Positions 33,824-43,140 of a DNA stretch of 64,000 nucleotides are shown piece by piece. The stretch's first letter is position 1, and each line of letters starts with the position of its first letter. The DNA comes from a virus (taxonomy: Duplodnaviria > Caudoviricetes): positions 22,868 to 86,867 of the IMG/VR virus record IMGVR_UViG_3300031820_000003, one strand, 5' to 3'. The position numbers and the translations under genes were made by a program. The notes under the pieces are model-generated. The model saw only the letters and a list, made by a program, of their open reading frames with translations, made no database searches and was not told the origin of the DNA.

Positions 33824-35343
33824 TTGGCGTACTTGATATCCCCGTTCGGGGTCCGGTACGGGTCACCCGACTTGAGCCCTTGCGCCTGTTTCCATGCCTG
33901 CGCCTGCGCCGGGGTCTTGATCGTCGGCGGGGCCTCTGGAGCGCCCAGCAGGGTCGGATTGGCGGCCTCTTGGTCCGTGAATGCCGGATGGGCCTTGACA
34001 TAATCCGCCACCTGCTTGGCGAAGCCGTCATCCAACACGCCGCCATGCTTGGCCCGATAGTCGATCGCCATGTCACGAATCTGCGTCGAGCGCTGGCCGA
34101 TCCGGTCCATGATGTTGATCAGCATACGGTTACCCCAAACCGTATTCTGCAGGTTGGGGTTCGATTTCACTACCTGCTCGATCTGCTGCGAGAAGATACG
34201 CGCGCTGGCGCCACCCGCCTCCATGAGCTGATCGCGCTGCTGGTTGACCGCGCTCAATGTGGTAATGGCGTTGATCTTCTCGAGGCCCTGTTGCAGGGTT
34301 GCCGCGGCCGGCGAACCGAACAGATCGCGGACCTTGTTCATGGCAAGCGAGGCATCTGCGCCAATGCCGGTATAGGTGCGCGGGTCGCTCAGAATGCCGT
34401 GCGCTAGCGTCAGCACGGGCTTCATATCGCGCTCGTATTGCGTCGCGGAAGCCTGAATGCCTTCCCATGTTTTGCCGGACTGGTCGATGGTCTGCTTTTG
34501 GGTTGCCGTGGCCGCGGTCGTCCCAGATGCGAGGTTCTTCTGCTCGGGGGTCAATTCGACATTCTTGCCGAGAATATCGCGGATTTGCTTGGCAGTTGCA
34601 TCGTGGGCTTCCGCTGCCTTTTCATAGGTCTGCGCTTGAGCAGTATCCCCGAGTGCTCCATAGCGCGCCCCCTGCTGGCGAAGATAGGTGGCCGCCTTTT
34701 CATGATTGCGAGCGGTGCCTTCGCTATAGAAGCCATTGGGCACGCTGCTGCCGCCGGGTTGCGGCGTCGCCTGGGCGGTTTGCTGTGGCTGAGTATTGGG
34801 CGAACTCGCGCCCATGAACGGCGCAGGGCTTGGCCCCGCATTATCCGAACCCATAATCTGCTCGCCGCCTGGCAAAATGCTTCCAGGCGGCTTGCCGGTA
34901 ATGCTGCCCGGTCCCGCATTTGTCTGCGGCATGTGGGCATCGGCGGATGGCTGCGTAGGCGGCGGCGCGTTCCCCGGCGCAGGATTACCTGTGCCTACAG
35001 AAGGGGCACCGAAGCCGCCTGAAATCTTGTCTGCGTTCTGAAAATCCGTCGCGGATTGATTAGCGAGCTGCATCCTTAGAAGCTGCGGCAACATCTGCTG
35101 CGCAGCTTCCGTTCCGCCAAGACGCGAGATTGTATCAGCTACCTTATTGTAATCGACGTTGCCATTCTCATCCTTTGGAAGGCCATTTTGAAATGCTGTC
35201 TGCTGCGCGCGCTTCTGCGCATACTGTTGGCCCTCTTGGAACTGCTCAGGAAGTTTGCCGATCCAACTAAAATCAACAAGAGGCGCTGCATAGTTCGGAG
35301 GCCGAGGTGCGCCCGGAAGCTCCACATTGTCATAGGCGGCCAT
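33820..35343 (-). CDS. DNA ejection protein (P22 gp20 position)
   Basis: 507 aa, Gln/Ala-rich; YAAPLVDFS N-terminus. Confidence 0.75.
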   Translation of the reverse strand: MAAYDNVELPGAPRPPNYAAPLVDFSWIGKLPEQFQEGQQYAQKRAQQTAFQNGLPKDENGNVDYNKVADTISRLGGTEAAQQMLPQLLRMQLANQSATDFQNADKISGGFGAPSVGTGNPAPGNAPPPTQPSADAHMPQTNAGPGSITGKPPGSILPGGEQIMGSDNAGPSPAPFMGASSPNTQPQQTAQATPQPGGSSVPNGFYSEGTARNHEKAATYLRQQGARYGALGDTAQAQTYEKAAEAHDATAKQIRDILGKNVELTPEQKNLASGTTAATATQKQTIDQSGKTWEGIQASATQYERDMKPVLTLAHGILSDPRTYTGIGADASLAMNKVRDLFGSPAAATLQQGLEKINAITTLSAVNQQRDQLMEAGGASARIFSQQIEQVVKSNPNLQNTVWGNRMLINIMDRIGQRSTQIRDMAIDYRAKHGGVLDDGFAKQVADYVKAHPAFTDQEAANPTLLGAPEAPPTIKTPAQAQAWKQAQGLKSGDPYRTPNGDIKYAK

Positions 35344-36053
35344 CAGGCAAATGCCCCGAATATACTCTTGCCAACATTACCAAGGCCACCAAGCGCCTGG
35401 CCTCCGACCGTATTCGATCCAAGGCTAGCTACTCCGCCAAGCGCATTCCAGAAGTTCGCGGAGGCATTGAGCGGCGCGAGATCGGCCGATGCCTGCGCAT
35501 TGCCCTGGCCTACCTGCGTGCCATAGGCCGCATTGCCCTGGGTAGTGAATGAGTTATTAAGCTGGCCACCAAGGTTCTGGTTGCCTTGCAACACCTGTCC
35601 AGCCGTCGCGGTCTGCTGTGGCAGATATTGCGAAAGATTGTTGACGTAGTTTTGCCAGCCCGTATTGGCGAGACCCTGGCCATACTTCAACAGGTCGAGA
35701 TTGGTGCCACCCGAATTAAGCTGGCCAGTCGCGGCCTGATTGCGGAGAATATTCTGGTTGCCTTGGTCTAATTGAAACTGATAACCGGGATTGTTCTGGA
35801 ACCCGGCAACCGCCTGCGCATTGCCCTGTGGGCCATTGAGGCCGAGCGCATTGCCGTATTGCGTGGCGCCCTGCGTGTTCTGATTGAAGGCCGTCGTAGG
35901 CGCATTGATGCCTGTCTGTCCATAGCTGGTCAGCGCGCCGCGGCCTTGGCCAAACAGGTCCGATAGCTGGTTGTAGCCAAGCTGCAAACCCTGCTTCTGA
36001 TCATTGGCAGCGTTTTGCTGATCTTGCGAACTGAAGATATCGAACAAACCCAT
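35343..36053 (-). CDS. DNA ejection protein (P22 gp7-like)
   Basis: FQNNPGYQFQLDQG...AATG.LNSG motif. Confidence 0.8.
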   Translation of the reverse strand: MGLFDIFSSQDQQNAANDQKQGLQLGYNQLSDLFGQGRGALTSYGQTGINAPTTAFNQNTQGATQYGNALGLNGPQGNAQAVAGFQNNPGYQFQLDQGNQNILRNQAATGQLNSGGTNLDLLKYGQGLANTGWQNYVNNLSQYLPQQTATAGQVLQGNQNLGGQLNNSFTTQGNAAYGTQVGQGNAQASADLAPLNASANFWNALGGVASLGSNTVGGQALGGLGNVGKSIFGAFA

Positions 36054-36310
36054 CAGAGCGTCCTCACAAATATGGTCGCCGGATCGGCCGTGCTGCGATA
36101 TAGGCCATTCAACGGAACACCGGCCGCAGCAGCATTCGCATTCGTCGGCACCGCAACTCCCGTCAGCGGGCCAAGCGAGTTCTGGTTCAAAAGCTGGACG
36201 AGCTTATTCACCGTATCCAACCATTGTCCGAATGCGAGTGTCGGACGGCCATCGGGGAGAACAACCTGAAAGTTGGTCGGCGGCAGCGGGAATAGGACTT
36301 GCGTGGTCAT
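36053..36310 (-). CDS. Small tail protein
   Basis: Coupled; AAAAGVPLNGLYR. Confidence 0.65.
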   Translation of the reverse strand: MTTQVLFPLPPTNFQVVLPDGRPTLAFGQWLDTVNKLVQLLNQNSLGPLTGVAVPTNANAAAAGVPLNGLYRSTADPATIFVRTL

Positions 36311-38043
36311 CAGTCGCCCACATAGCGCGGGTCGCTAGCCTGCGTTGCCTTGATGAATCCGGTATAGACAGGATCGGTCACGTCGAGACGCCATCGGCAG
36401 CCCATGGGTCCTGACAAGCCCATGGACTTGACCGATGCGCGGACCCGACGTGACCTACCCTGCTGGCCGATCGACCGCAGCAGTGGATTTCCCCAATTCA
36501 GGCCGCCGTCCTTCGATATCGAGACGGCCACCTGTGGATTGACCATGTTATCGGGCGCCGTGACATCGGTTGCCGTCCCGCCCGAAGTCCAGGCATGAAC
36601 GAACGTCGTGCCAATGAGGTCGATATTGAATGCGTCGATGACGTTCACGGCCCATGTACCGTTGGCCTCCGTGGTGCCGCCGACATTCACCACGTTCACC
36701 GTATCGCCGGTAATGACGTTGGCCGTATTGTTGACCCGCAACCGCACAACGCCGCCGGTTCCTGACGAGGTGCCGAGCACCGTCATGACGACGCTCAGAA
36801 CGGCCTGCCCAACGCCCATCACGAAATCGAAGTCAGCCCGCGCCACCCGTATCTGGTTCGGGAAGTTGTCCACCGGGCCGCTTTCGATGCGGAATAGTTG
36901 CGGTGCACCGTTCTCCGTGTAGTTCGTATCGTCCACGTAAAGCAGGTTACCGGACTGAATATCGCCCATCAGCCATTTGCCGAATGCCGGATGGCCACCC
37001 GATCCGCGCCATCGGCTTTGCTGTCCGGTCGATGCAAGCAGGCTCGATCGCTCATTCCATTTCTGCGTGGAGAGATTGAACTCCCATGTCACCGAGGCGG
37101 CATTGCTGGAGATCGTCCAGAACTTCTTGCCGGCATATTCGTACACGCCTGCATCCAGCAGGTTGCCCTTACGGTTCTCCGACTCAATGAAGCGATCGAC
37201 ATCCGGCGATGAGACCTTGATGGGCTGGAACGTCGCCCATGACAGGCGATAGACGCCGAAGTCCTGTGCCGCCCATATCAGGTCGTCAAAGCCGGTTTCC
37301 CATCCAGCAATCGCATTGGCCTGTAGAAGGCCGAAGGGAATTGTCGTCAGCCGCGAGTACGGGAAGGCTGGAGAGGGTTGCGCCGTATCCTGCCACACCT
37401 CGCAGCCGCCCGTCGTAAAGAAAAACATCAGGCCCGAATAGGCGATGCCGCGCAGCAACGTCACATCGGATTTTGACTGCAGCTTGACGAAGGTCTGCGT
37501 GTTGATCGTACCGACCGAGTTGATGGGCGATGCGAATACGCGGCCGTCCGCGATCGTGTAGAAGAAAAAGCCGTCCTGAAAGCTTATCGAGTTCGGTTGC
37601 GGGAGGTTGCCGCCGCCATTGTACGCCGTCGGCGCTCCACCTCCACTAAGAATATAAGCACCGTTGTCGATATCGACGGCAACAACGTCCGGTGAGGCCG
37701 CCAAATCGCGGGCAATTGATACTTTCTTCGTTCCTGGGAATGCCCCGAGGCTTGCGTAGGTTCCATTGACATCGATCGTGCTCGCATTTCCGCTCCATGT
37801 CTCATAGGATAGATTCGTGACAATCAGGCCCCCGCGATAGCCGGTCTGCCCGGTCGCGGCATTATTGTGCTGCGAGAGGCCGGGCTGCCGACGCCATACC
37901 TGCTTGGCAGGCCCGGACGGCTGTTGCGGATCATCGATCGGCTCGGCCGTGCAGTTGAGAAGCCGCCCCGCCGATTCCTGCGTGCTCGCCCCCGGAAAAC
38001 TCGACAACGGGAAGCGAATGGGAATCGGATCGCCTGTCGCCAT
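36310..38043 (-). CDS. Tail hub / packaged-DNA stabilization protein (P22 gp10-like)
   Basis: 577 aa, beta-rich; SKDGG..W, SIGQ.G motifs. Confidence 0.85.
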   Translation of the reverse strand: MATGDPIPIRFPLSSFPGASTQESAGRLLNCTAEPIDDPQQPSGPAKQVWRRQPGLSQHNNAATGQTGYRGGLIVTNLSYETWSGNASTIDVNGTYASLGAFPGTKKVSIARDLAASPDVVAVDIDNGAYILSGGGAPTAYNGGGNLPQPNSISFQDGFFFYTIADGRVFASPINSVGTINTQTFVKLQSKSDVTLLRGIAYSGLMFFFTTGGCEVWQDTAQPSPAFPYSRLTTIPFGLLQANAIAGWETGFDDLIWAAQDFGVYRLSWATFQPIKVSSPDVDRFIESENRKGNLLDAGVYEYAGKKFWTISSNAASVTWEFNLSTQKWNERSSLLASTGQQSRWRGSGGHPAFGKWLMGDIQSGNLLYVDDTNYTENGAPQLFRIESGPVDNFPNQIRVARADFDFVMGVGQAVLSVVMTVLGTSSGTGGVVRLRVNNTANVITGDTVNVVNVGGTTEANGTWAVNVIDAFNIDLIGTTFVHAWTSGGTATDVTAPDNMVNPQVAVSISKDGGLNWGNPLLRSIGQQGRSRRVRASVKSMGLSGPMGCRWRLDVTDPVYTGFIKATQASDPRYVGD

Positions 38044-38059
38044 CGATCAGCATTTCCAG

Positions 38060-38470
38060 TTATTTAGTATAATCCCGAGGTGACCAAGGCGATGTATAAC
38101 CCTGGTCGTGGAAAAATTGTCCGTCTTGCTGCCACCCATATTTCAAGGATGGATGATCAGCCAAACTAACCGCATCTGTTCCGGCTGCCTTAGCGGCATC
38201 CTCAATAGCGAACAGGTGCGATGGAGCTGCATATGTCTTCCCCTCGACTTGAATTGCGGGCTTGAATGGTTTCCCTTCTATCATCTGGTCTGCTGTTAAA
38301 GTCTTGCCGACTTTCTGATCACTGGCGGCAGTCTGCCCTTGGGTAACAGGATTTCGCTCGTGTCCTCCTGGATTTGAATACCCAGGCGCCATCGGGTTAA
38401 ATGGCTTGAAATTCTCCATAGCCCGATCTGATACCAAGCCCTGCGCATAAAGGTTCTTCAAATCTGCCAT
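38060..38470 (-). CDS. Hypothetical late protein (lower GC)
   Basis: 136 aa between gp4-like and gp10-like genes. Confidence 0.65.
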   Translation of the reverse strand: MADLKNLYAQGLVSDRAMENFKPFNPMAPGYSNPGGHERNPVTQGQTAASDQKVGKTLTADQMIEGKPFKPAIQVEGKTYAAPSHLFAIEDAAKAAGTDAVSLADHPSLKYGWQQDGQFFHDQGYTSPWSPRDYTK

Positions 38471-38871
38471 CAGAAATACAAGGCCCGCAATGGCTCATAG
38501 GTCGCGCGCAACCGAAGCTGCTGCTTCAGAGATAATGCCGCCGAGCCCGCACCCAACTGAACCGGGCTCGGCGGCCCCCCCAACCCCTTGGTGAGCAGCG
38601 AAACGAGGTCTTGCGGAGTCGCGCCGAACTTGACGGCGCATTCACCAGCGAGAATGTCAGCGAGATCGGCAAACCATGCGCCGGGAATGTTCGAAGGGTC
38701 GGGGATATAGCAAATTTCGAGCTGCGCCAGCTTGCGAAAGATCGCATCCACCTTCTCAAAGACATAATTGTAGTCCTCGGGGTCGGTCGGCTGACCCGCG
38801 GCCAAGACGCCAAGATTGGCCAGCGTCTCGTTCACCAGGTCATTGATCGTCCGAAAGGCGGTATTGGGCAC
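38470..38871 (-). CDS. Head-tail adaptor (P22 gp4-like)
   Basis: T..DLV.E.L.NLGV.AAGQ.....ED. Confidence 0.8.
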   Translation of the reverse strand: MPNTAFRTINDLVNETLANLGVLAAGQPTDPEDYNYVFEKVDAIFRKLAQLEICYIPDPSNIPGAWFADLADILAGECAVKFGATPQDLVSLLTKGLGGPPSPVQLGAGSAALSLKQQLRLRATYEPLRALYF

Positions 38872-38874
38872 CTA

Positions 38875-39234
38875 TCAGCTCCCCACTGGCTCGCCAGGAA
38901 GCGCGGATACCAATTTGCCGGCATCGACCGTCGCATGCTCGATTGCGGCATTCGGGAAGGTCTTTGGCTTCGGCGGCCGGCCTCGCTTGCGTGGGGCATC
39001 GCCTTCGACCTGAAAATGCTGATTGCGCTTGATGCGCTCGAGCAGGCTGACCATGCGCTTGCGGGTAACGAGCTTCCATGTGCCGTCCCGTGGATTGCTG
39101 ACGCGCTCGGTGAACTCCTCCTCCTGCTTGCCCTCGTTCGGGTCAACATCCTGCGCGATATTGGCTTCCCATTCGCGACCGAATGCGGTCGTCTTGAAAG
39201 CCTCATCGGCATCCGGCAGCCATGTGACTTTCAT
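38875..39234 (-). CDS. Hypothetical head-module protein
   Basis: 119 aa from MKVTW. Confidence 0.65.
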   Translation of the reverse strand: MKVTWLPDADEAFKTTAFGREWEANIAQDVDPNEGKQEEEFTERVSNPRDGTWKLVTRKRMVSLLERIKRNQHFQVEGDAPRKRGRPPKPKTFPNAAIEHATVDAGKLVSALPGEPVGS

Positions 39235-39644
39235 GGGATGAGCCCCACCCGCCAATTGAGGCCCGAGACGGTCGCCACGCCGCGAGCTCCAAGCGGAGAG
39301 CCGGCGCGGATAGCGATGGCGGACTGACCTGCTGTGATGGAGAACGAGGCATTCGCGCCGAGAGCATTGATCGTCTCGCCCAGCGCAGGGAACAGGTTCA
39401 GGGCGTTCGCCGTGTCGTTCATGATCAGAACGCCGGTCGATGCTTCCATTGAGCCGACCGATGGCAGCACGAGCGAGCCGGTTCCTACCGACTGATCGAC
39501 GTGATTGCCCTCGGAGATGATCTTGAAACCGGTCGCCTGGTTGTTAGCGACGCTGGCATTGATGTTGCGCTGCATCTGCGCGCCCGGCCCACCAAGGCCA
39601 AAGACGAACATCTGCTCCACAGCATCCAGGGTAACGCTAGGCAT
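39231..39644 (-). CDS. Putative virion beta-protein
   Basis: 137 aa; AAAGGA SD. Confidence 0.7.
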   Translation of the reverse strand: MPSVTLDAVEQMFVFGLGGPGAQMQRNINASVANNQATGFKIISEGNHVDQSVGTGSLVLPSVGSMEASTGVLIMNDTANALNLFPALGETINALGANASFSITAGQSAIAIRAGSPLGARGVATVSGLNWRVGLIP

Positions 39645-39658
39645 AGGATGGTCCTTTC

Positions 39659-39710
39659 AAAAAAGGACCGCCGCCGCCCCGTTCTGCATCACGGGACAGC
39701 GGCGGCTAGT
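39659..39710 (-). terminator. Rho-independent terminator-like hairpin after the capsid gene pair
   Basis: GCCGCCGC...GCGGCGGC stem followed by TTTTT on the minus strand. Confidence 0.6.
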
Positions 39711-39763
39711 TGGGTCGTGTCGTCGGTTTCGGGAGGAAACCCTCCGGGGAAACAACGCCGGAG

Positions 39764-40369
39764 CTAGCAGGCCGGGGAAGTAAAGCCCGGCGCATTCGAT
39801 GCAGGCAGGCAGCCGCCGTCGTTCGGACCGAGAAACTCGATATCGAACACGATGGTACCTGTGGTGGGCGCGGCACCCGTGAACGTCACGGTCAGCCACA
39901 AGTCGAAGCCGCCGTCCGCGCCCGTCGTCGCAATGCCGTTGCCAGTGGCCTGTGCGCCCTGCCCCGCCGTGACGATGGTGAGAGCAGGAGCGCCGGTTGC
40001 CGCCGTCTTGATATCCTGCGCAGATACAAGCTGAGCGCCGGCCGAAGCCGTGCCGAGCGACATGGTGCACGTGGTCGCCGCATTGCAAACGGCTGACTGG
40101 AACCAATTGCCGCGCAGGATGAACGCATTGTAGGGCAGCGCGCCGACTTTCACGCTGCAGGTGCCCGCCGCAAACACGCACGCCGGGCCGTTGTCAGCCT
40201 GCACACTCGTTGCCGAGACGGTGAAGATATGCCGCTCGTAATAAGTCTGCTGGCTGGGATAGTAGCGAGGCCCAAAGGTGGGCGGGATCGTCAGCGCATA
40301 GGCAGCGATGACGCCAGGGACGACGAGGAGCGCAAGAGCGCGCACCGCCGATCGAAGCAGATTCTTCAT
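39764..40369 (-). CDS. Capsid-adjacent (decoration position) protein with Sec-type signal peptide
   Basis: AAGGAG SD; MKNLLRSAVR-ALALLVVPGVI-AAYA|L; 6 Cys in 3 pairs. Confidence 0.75.
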   Translation of the reverse strand: MKNLLRSAVRALALLVVPGVIAAYALTIPPTFGPRYYPSQQTYYERHIFTVSATSVQADNGPACVFAAGTCSVKVGALPYNAFILRGNWFQSAVCNAATTCTMSLGTASAGAQLVSAQDIKTAATGAPALTIVTAGQGAQATGNGIATTGADGGFDLWLTVTFTGAAPTTGTIVFDIEFLGPNDGGCLPASNAPGFTSPAC

Positions 40370-40379
40370 AGTGCTCTCC

Positions 40380-41525
40380 TTACGCATCCGTGGCAGAGGC
40401 GGCGAAAATCGTGAACACGCCCCACTCTTTGTAGTTGCCTGAGAAGTTCAGCTTGGCGATCTTCTTGAAGCCGTAGGCCATTTCTACGCCTACGCCTCGA
40501 TAGAATTGGTAGTCGTCTTCCTTCAAGAATGTCGGCCGCGGCATACGACCCCACGCCCAAGCCATTGCGGATTGGCCGCACAGGAATGCCGGCGCCACCT
40601 GAATGCTGCCCGAGCCGGCCGTCGTATAGGTGACCGGAAGGCGCACAGTCAGTTCCGGGATTTCCCGGATGATGATGCCGTTGTAGATCAGGTCGCCATC
40701 CTGAAAGAGCGGATTGGCGTCAAGACCATCGTCCTCGCGCGGACGAGCCTGCGTGTTGGCGTTGATGATCGTCGGGTCGGCCTGCAGATCACGGAACTGC
40801 AGGGAGTTCGCGAAGCAGATGAAGTATTCGCGACCGTTCTTGAGCTTGTAGGGCCGAATGCGCGGGTTAGCCAGCTTGGCAAGCCGCTTGGCCTTAAGCA
40901 GCATGGACGCCGACAGGGTCATGCCGGCCGTGATGTTCGCCATTGCGGTGGCGAACGTGGCCGAGAAGTTGCCCGTAGCGCCGCCCACCAGAACACGGTC
41001 CTGCTGGTCGGCCATCCACGTGTTGCGCTGGGCCGCGGTCGCCGCATCGAACAACGCGCCGTTGACGCGCTGGCCGTTGATGGAGCCAAGACCCGTTGGC
41101 GCCGTCGAGTTCAGGGGAATTGCATAGAACGCGTCGATGATCTCGTCGCGCTGCAGTTCCTTGCCCCAATCCTCCAGGAGCGGCCGAGCGAGGCCGAACA
41201 GGTCGATTGAGGACTTCTGTTCTTCCGCCTTGGCGATCTTGACGGCATTACGCGCCCAATCGATCCACATGCGATCGCCGAAGTTGTCGATCGCCTCTTC
41301 GTTGCCGACCAGGGCGCCGGTCGAGATGGCCTGCGCCTTGAGACGCGCAACCAGCGGAATGTTGATCTGCTCGCCGCCCTTCTTGAGGTCATTGATAACG
41401 CGAATGATCGCGGTCAGCTCGGTGCCGACATAGGGCGAGAACAGGTTTTGACGGATGTATTCTCGGGTAACTTCCTTGCGGAAGACGATAAGCTTATTAT
41501 TGGCTTGGACTGTCGAGAGTGCCAT
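40380..41525 (-). CDS. Major capsid protein (DUF4043-like)
   Basis: 381 aa; L.GNEE..DNF..IDWARNAV; follows scaffold. Confidence 0.88.
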   Translation of the reverse strand: MALSTVQANNKLIVFRKEVTREYIRQNLFSPYVGTELTAIIRVINDLKKGGEQINIPLVARLKAQAISTGALVGNEEAIDNFGDRMWIDWARNAVKIAKAEEQKSSIDLFGLARPLLEDWGKELQRDEIIDAFYAIPLNSTAPTGLGSINGQRVNGALFDAATAAQRNTWMADQQDRVLVGGATGNFSATFATAMANITAGMTLSASMLLKAKRLAKLANPRIRPYKLKNGREYFICFANSLQFRDLQADPTIINANTQARPREDDGLDANPLFQDGDLIYNGIIIREIPELTVRLPVTYTTAGSGSIQVAPAFLCGQSAMAWAWGRMPRPTFLKEDDYQFYRGVGVEMAYGFKKIAKLNFSGNYKEWGVFTIFAASATDA

Positions 41526-41568
41526 AGCCAGCCCCTTTCGGAGTTGGCTAGAGCGTCATGCAGTACGT

Positions 41569-42567
41569 CTAGCGAAGTGGTGTGAATGCGTCCGCGAAGA
41601 TTGCGCCCTCCGACCCATCGAAGCCGCGCGGGTCCATGCGTGGTTGACCACGCCCTCCGCCGGCATTGGAGAGATCTGGAAGGATTTGCTGACGCTGTTG
41701 TCTTTGGCCGTTGTTCCCGTTTCCGGGCGAGCCGCGGCCACGGCCCTTGGCAACCATTGCAAGCGCACGGTTGAGGTCCTCGGGGTCGACGCCGAGCGTT
41801 TCGGTCATCTGATCCATCAGTCCTCGCGTACGCTCCTCGCGATAGGCATCCAATCGCGGTTCGGCCCACTTCATCAGTGCGCGGCCGGGATTGGGTGAGC
41901 CCATGATGCGTTGCGCTTCTTGGCGGACGAGCGGATCGTTCTTGCCCTTGATGAGTTCCTGATAGGCGAACTCGAACTCGGGGCCGTGCTCCTCGTGCGC
42001 AGCAGCCATGCTGGCATTGAGGAACCGCTCGTCCATCTCCCGTTGAAGGGTTTGACGCATTTCATCCCGCGTGGCCTTTTCCCAGCCAGTCGGGTCCGCA
42101 AACATGTCGGGACGCTCGGGTGCCTTCGGCTGCTCCTGGGGAGCCCGTAGGCGCGACATTTCATCGACGCGGCCGGTGAGAGTGGCAATCTGTTCCCGCA
42201 ATTGGCGGGCTTCTGCCTCGGCCGCGCGGGCACGTTCGGACTCCTCACGAAGCCTGCCGGATGGAACGAAGCGCTGTGTTCGTTCGTCTCGCCGCTCCTG
42301 TGGAGGTTCCTGGACTTCAGGCTCCTCCTCGGATTCATCCTCTTCGACTTCGGGCTCGTCCTCGTCCTGCGCATCGATTTCGTCGCTCTCCTCGTCTGGA
42401 TTGTCCCCTACGGGGTCCTCCATCTCCTCGAGCGACTTGTCGCCGTCGTTTTCCGGGTCGTCGATGCTATTGGCCTCCGCGAAGATTTCCTCCTCGGTGG
42501 CCTGGATAGCAGCTTGTACGCGTGCGTCCTCGTCACTCGCTTGCGCGAGCTCGCTTCTGGTTGCCAT
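41569..42567 (-). CDS. Scaffolding protein
   Basis: Acidic N-terminus, FVPSGRLREE, coiled coil; precedes capsid. Confidence 0.85.
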   Translation of the reverse strand: MATRSELAQASDEDARVQAAIQATEEEIFAEANSIDDPENDGDKSLEEMEDPVGDNPDEESDEIDAQDEDEPEVEEDESEEEPEVQEPPQERRDERTQRFVPSGRLREESERARAAEAEARQLREQIATLTGRVDEMSRLRAPQEQPKAPERPDMFADPTGWEKATRDEMRQTLQREMDERFLNASMAAAHEEHGPEFEFAYQELIKGKNDPLVRQEAQRIMGSPNPGRALMKWAEPRLDAYREERTRGLMDQMTETLGVDPEDLNRALAMVAKGRGRGSPGNGNNGQRQQRQQILPDLSNAGGGRGQPRMDPRGFDGSEGAIFADAFTPLR

Positions 42568-42683
42568 GATATTCCCTTATCCCCGATATCGCTCAGGTAT
42601 GCGCTGCCCTTGTCGCCGGGCCAGCGTGGCGAGAAAGTTGGCCGTCTCGCGCGGCACGCCTATGTCGTCAGGCGCGAACGATC
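42568..42683 (-). promoter_or_regulatory. Candidate structured cis-regulatory leader RNA of the scaffold gene
   Basis: Four consecutive hairpins; two share loop G(G/A)CGACA; SD lies in the last loop. Confidence 0.55.
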
Positions 42684-43130
42684 TCAGTTTGTTTGCACAT
42701 GGAAGCCATGCGCGACCACATTGGCGACGCCACCAGCACCGGCCGCACTCGCGGTCACGGTGATGGTCGTGTTGATGGCGTTCGCCGGGATCGGCATGGG
42801 AAACTCGACAATCAGCGGCGGCGGGTTGGGCGTCGTCGCCGCTGCCGCCAGCGTGTTCAGCGTATAGATCATGCTGCCGCCGATCGTATTGGCAACCGTG
42901 ATCGTGATGACGGCGGTTGCGGTCGGATTGATCTCCGTAACCTCAAAGCCGCTGATGTAGGTCAGCCGCGCAGGTGACGCCGGCAGGGTTGCCGTGGTCG
43001 CCGCGGTGGTGCCCTGTGCGCTGTTGGTGACCGGAATAGCGCCGGCCGGATAGCCACCAGGCCCGATCGCCTGCGCAAAGGCAGCGCTAGAGAATGCGAG
43101 CGCCGCAATCAGTGCAATGAGCCTGTACAT
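42684..43130 (-). CDS. Thr/Ala-rich beta protein with Sec-type signal peptide
   Basis: MYR-LIALIAALAF-SSAAFA|Q. Confidence 0.75.
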   Translation of the reverse strand: MYRLIALIAALAFSSAAFAQAIGPGGYPAGAIPVTNSAQGTTAATTATLPASPARLTYISGFEVTEINPTATAVITITVANTIGGSMIYTLNTLAAAATTPNPPPLIVEFPMPIPANAINTTITVTASAAGAGGVANVVAHGFHVQTN

Positions 43131-43140
43131 GCTGCTTGTC

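Noticed and set aside
39715-39762. Second hairpin next to the capsid terminator as a riboswitch or ncRNA
   Set aside because: A single short stem with no recognisable aptamer; more simply an mRNA stabiliser or processing stem.
40366-40390. T7 10A/10B-like frameshift fusing the capsid to the downstream protein
   Set aside because: An overlapping ATG exists at 40387, but there is no slippery sequence, and the downstream gene has its own SD/ATG and a signal peptide.
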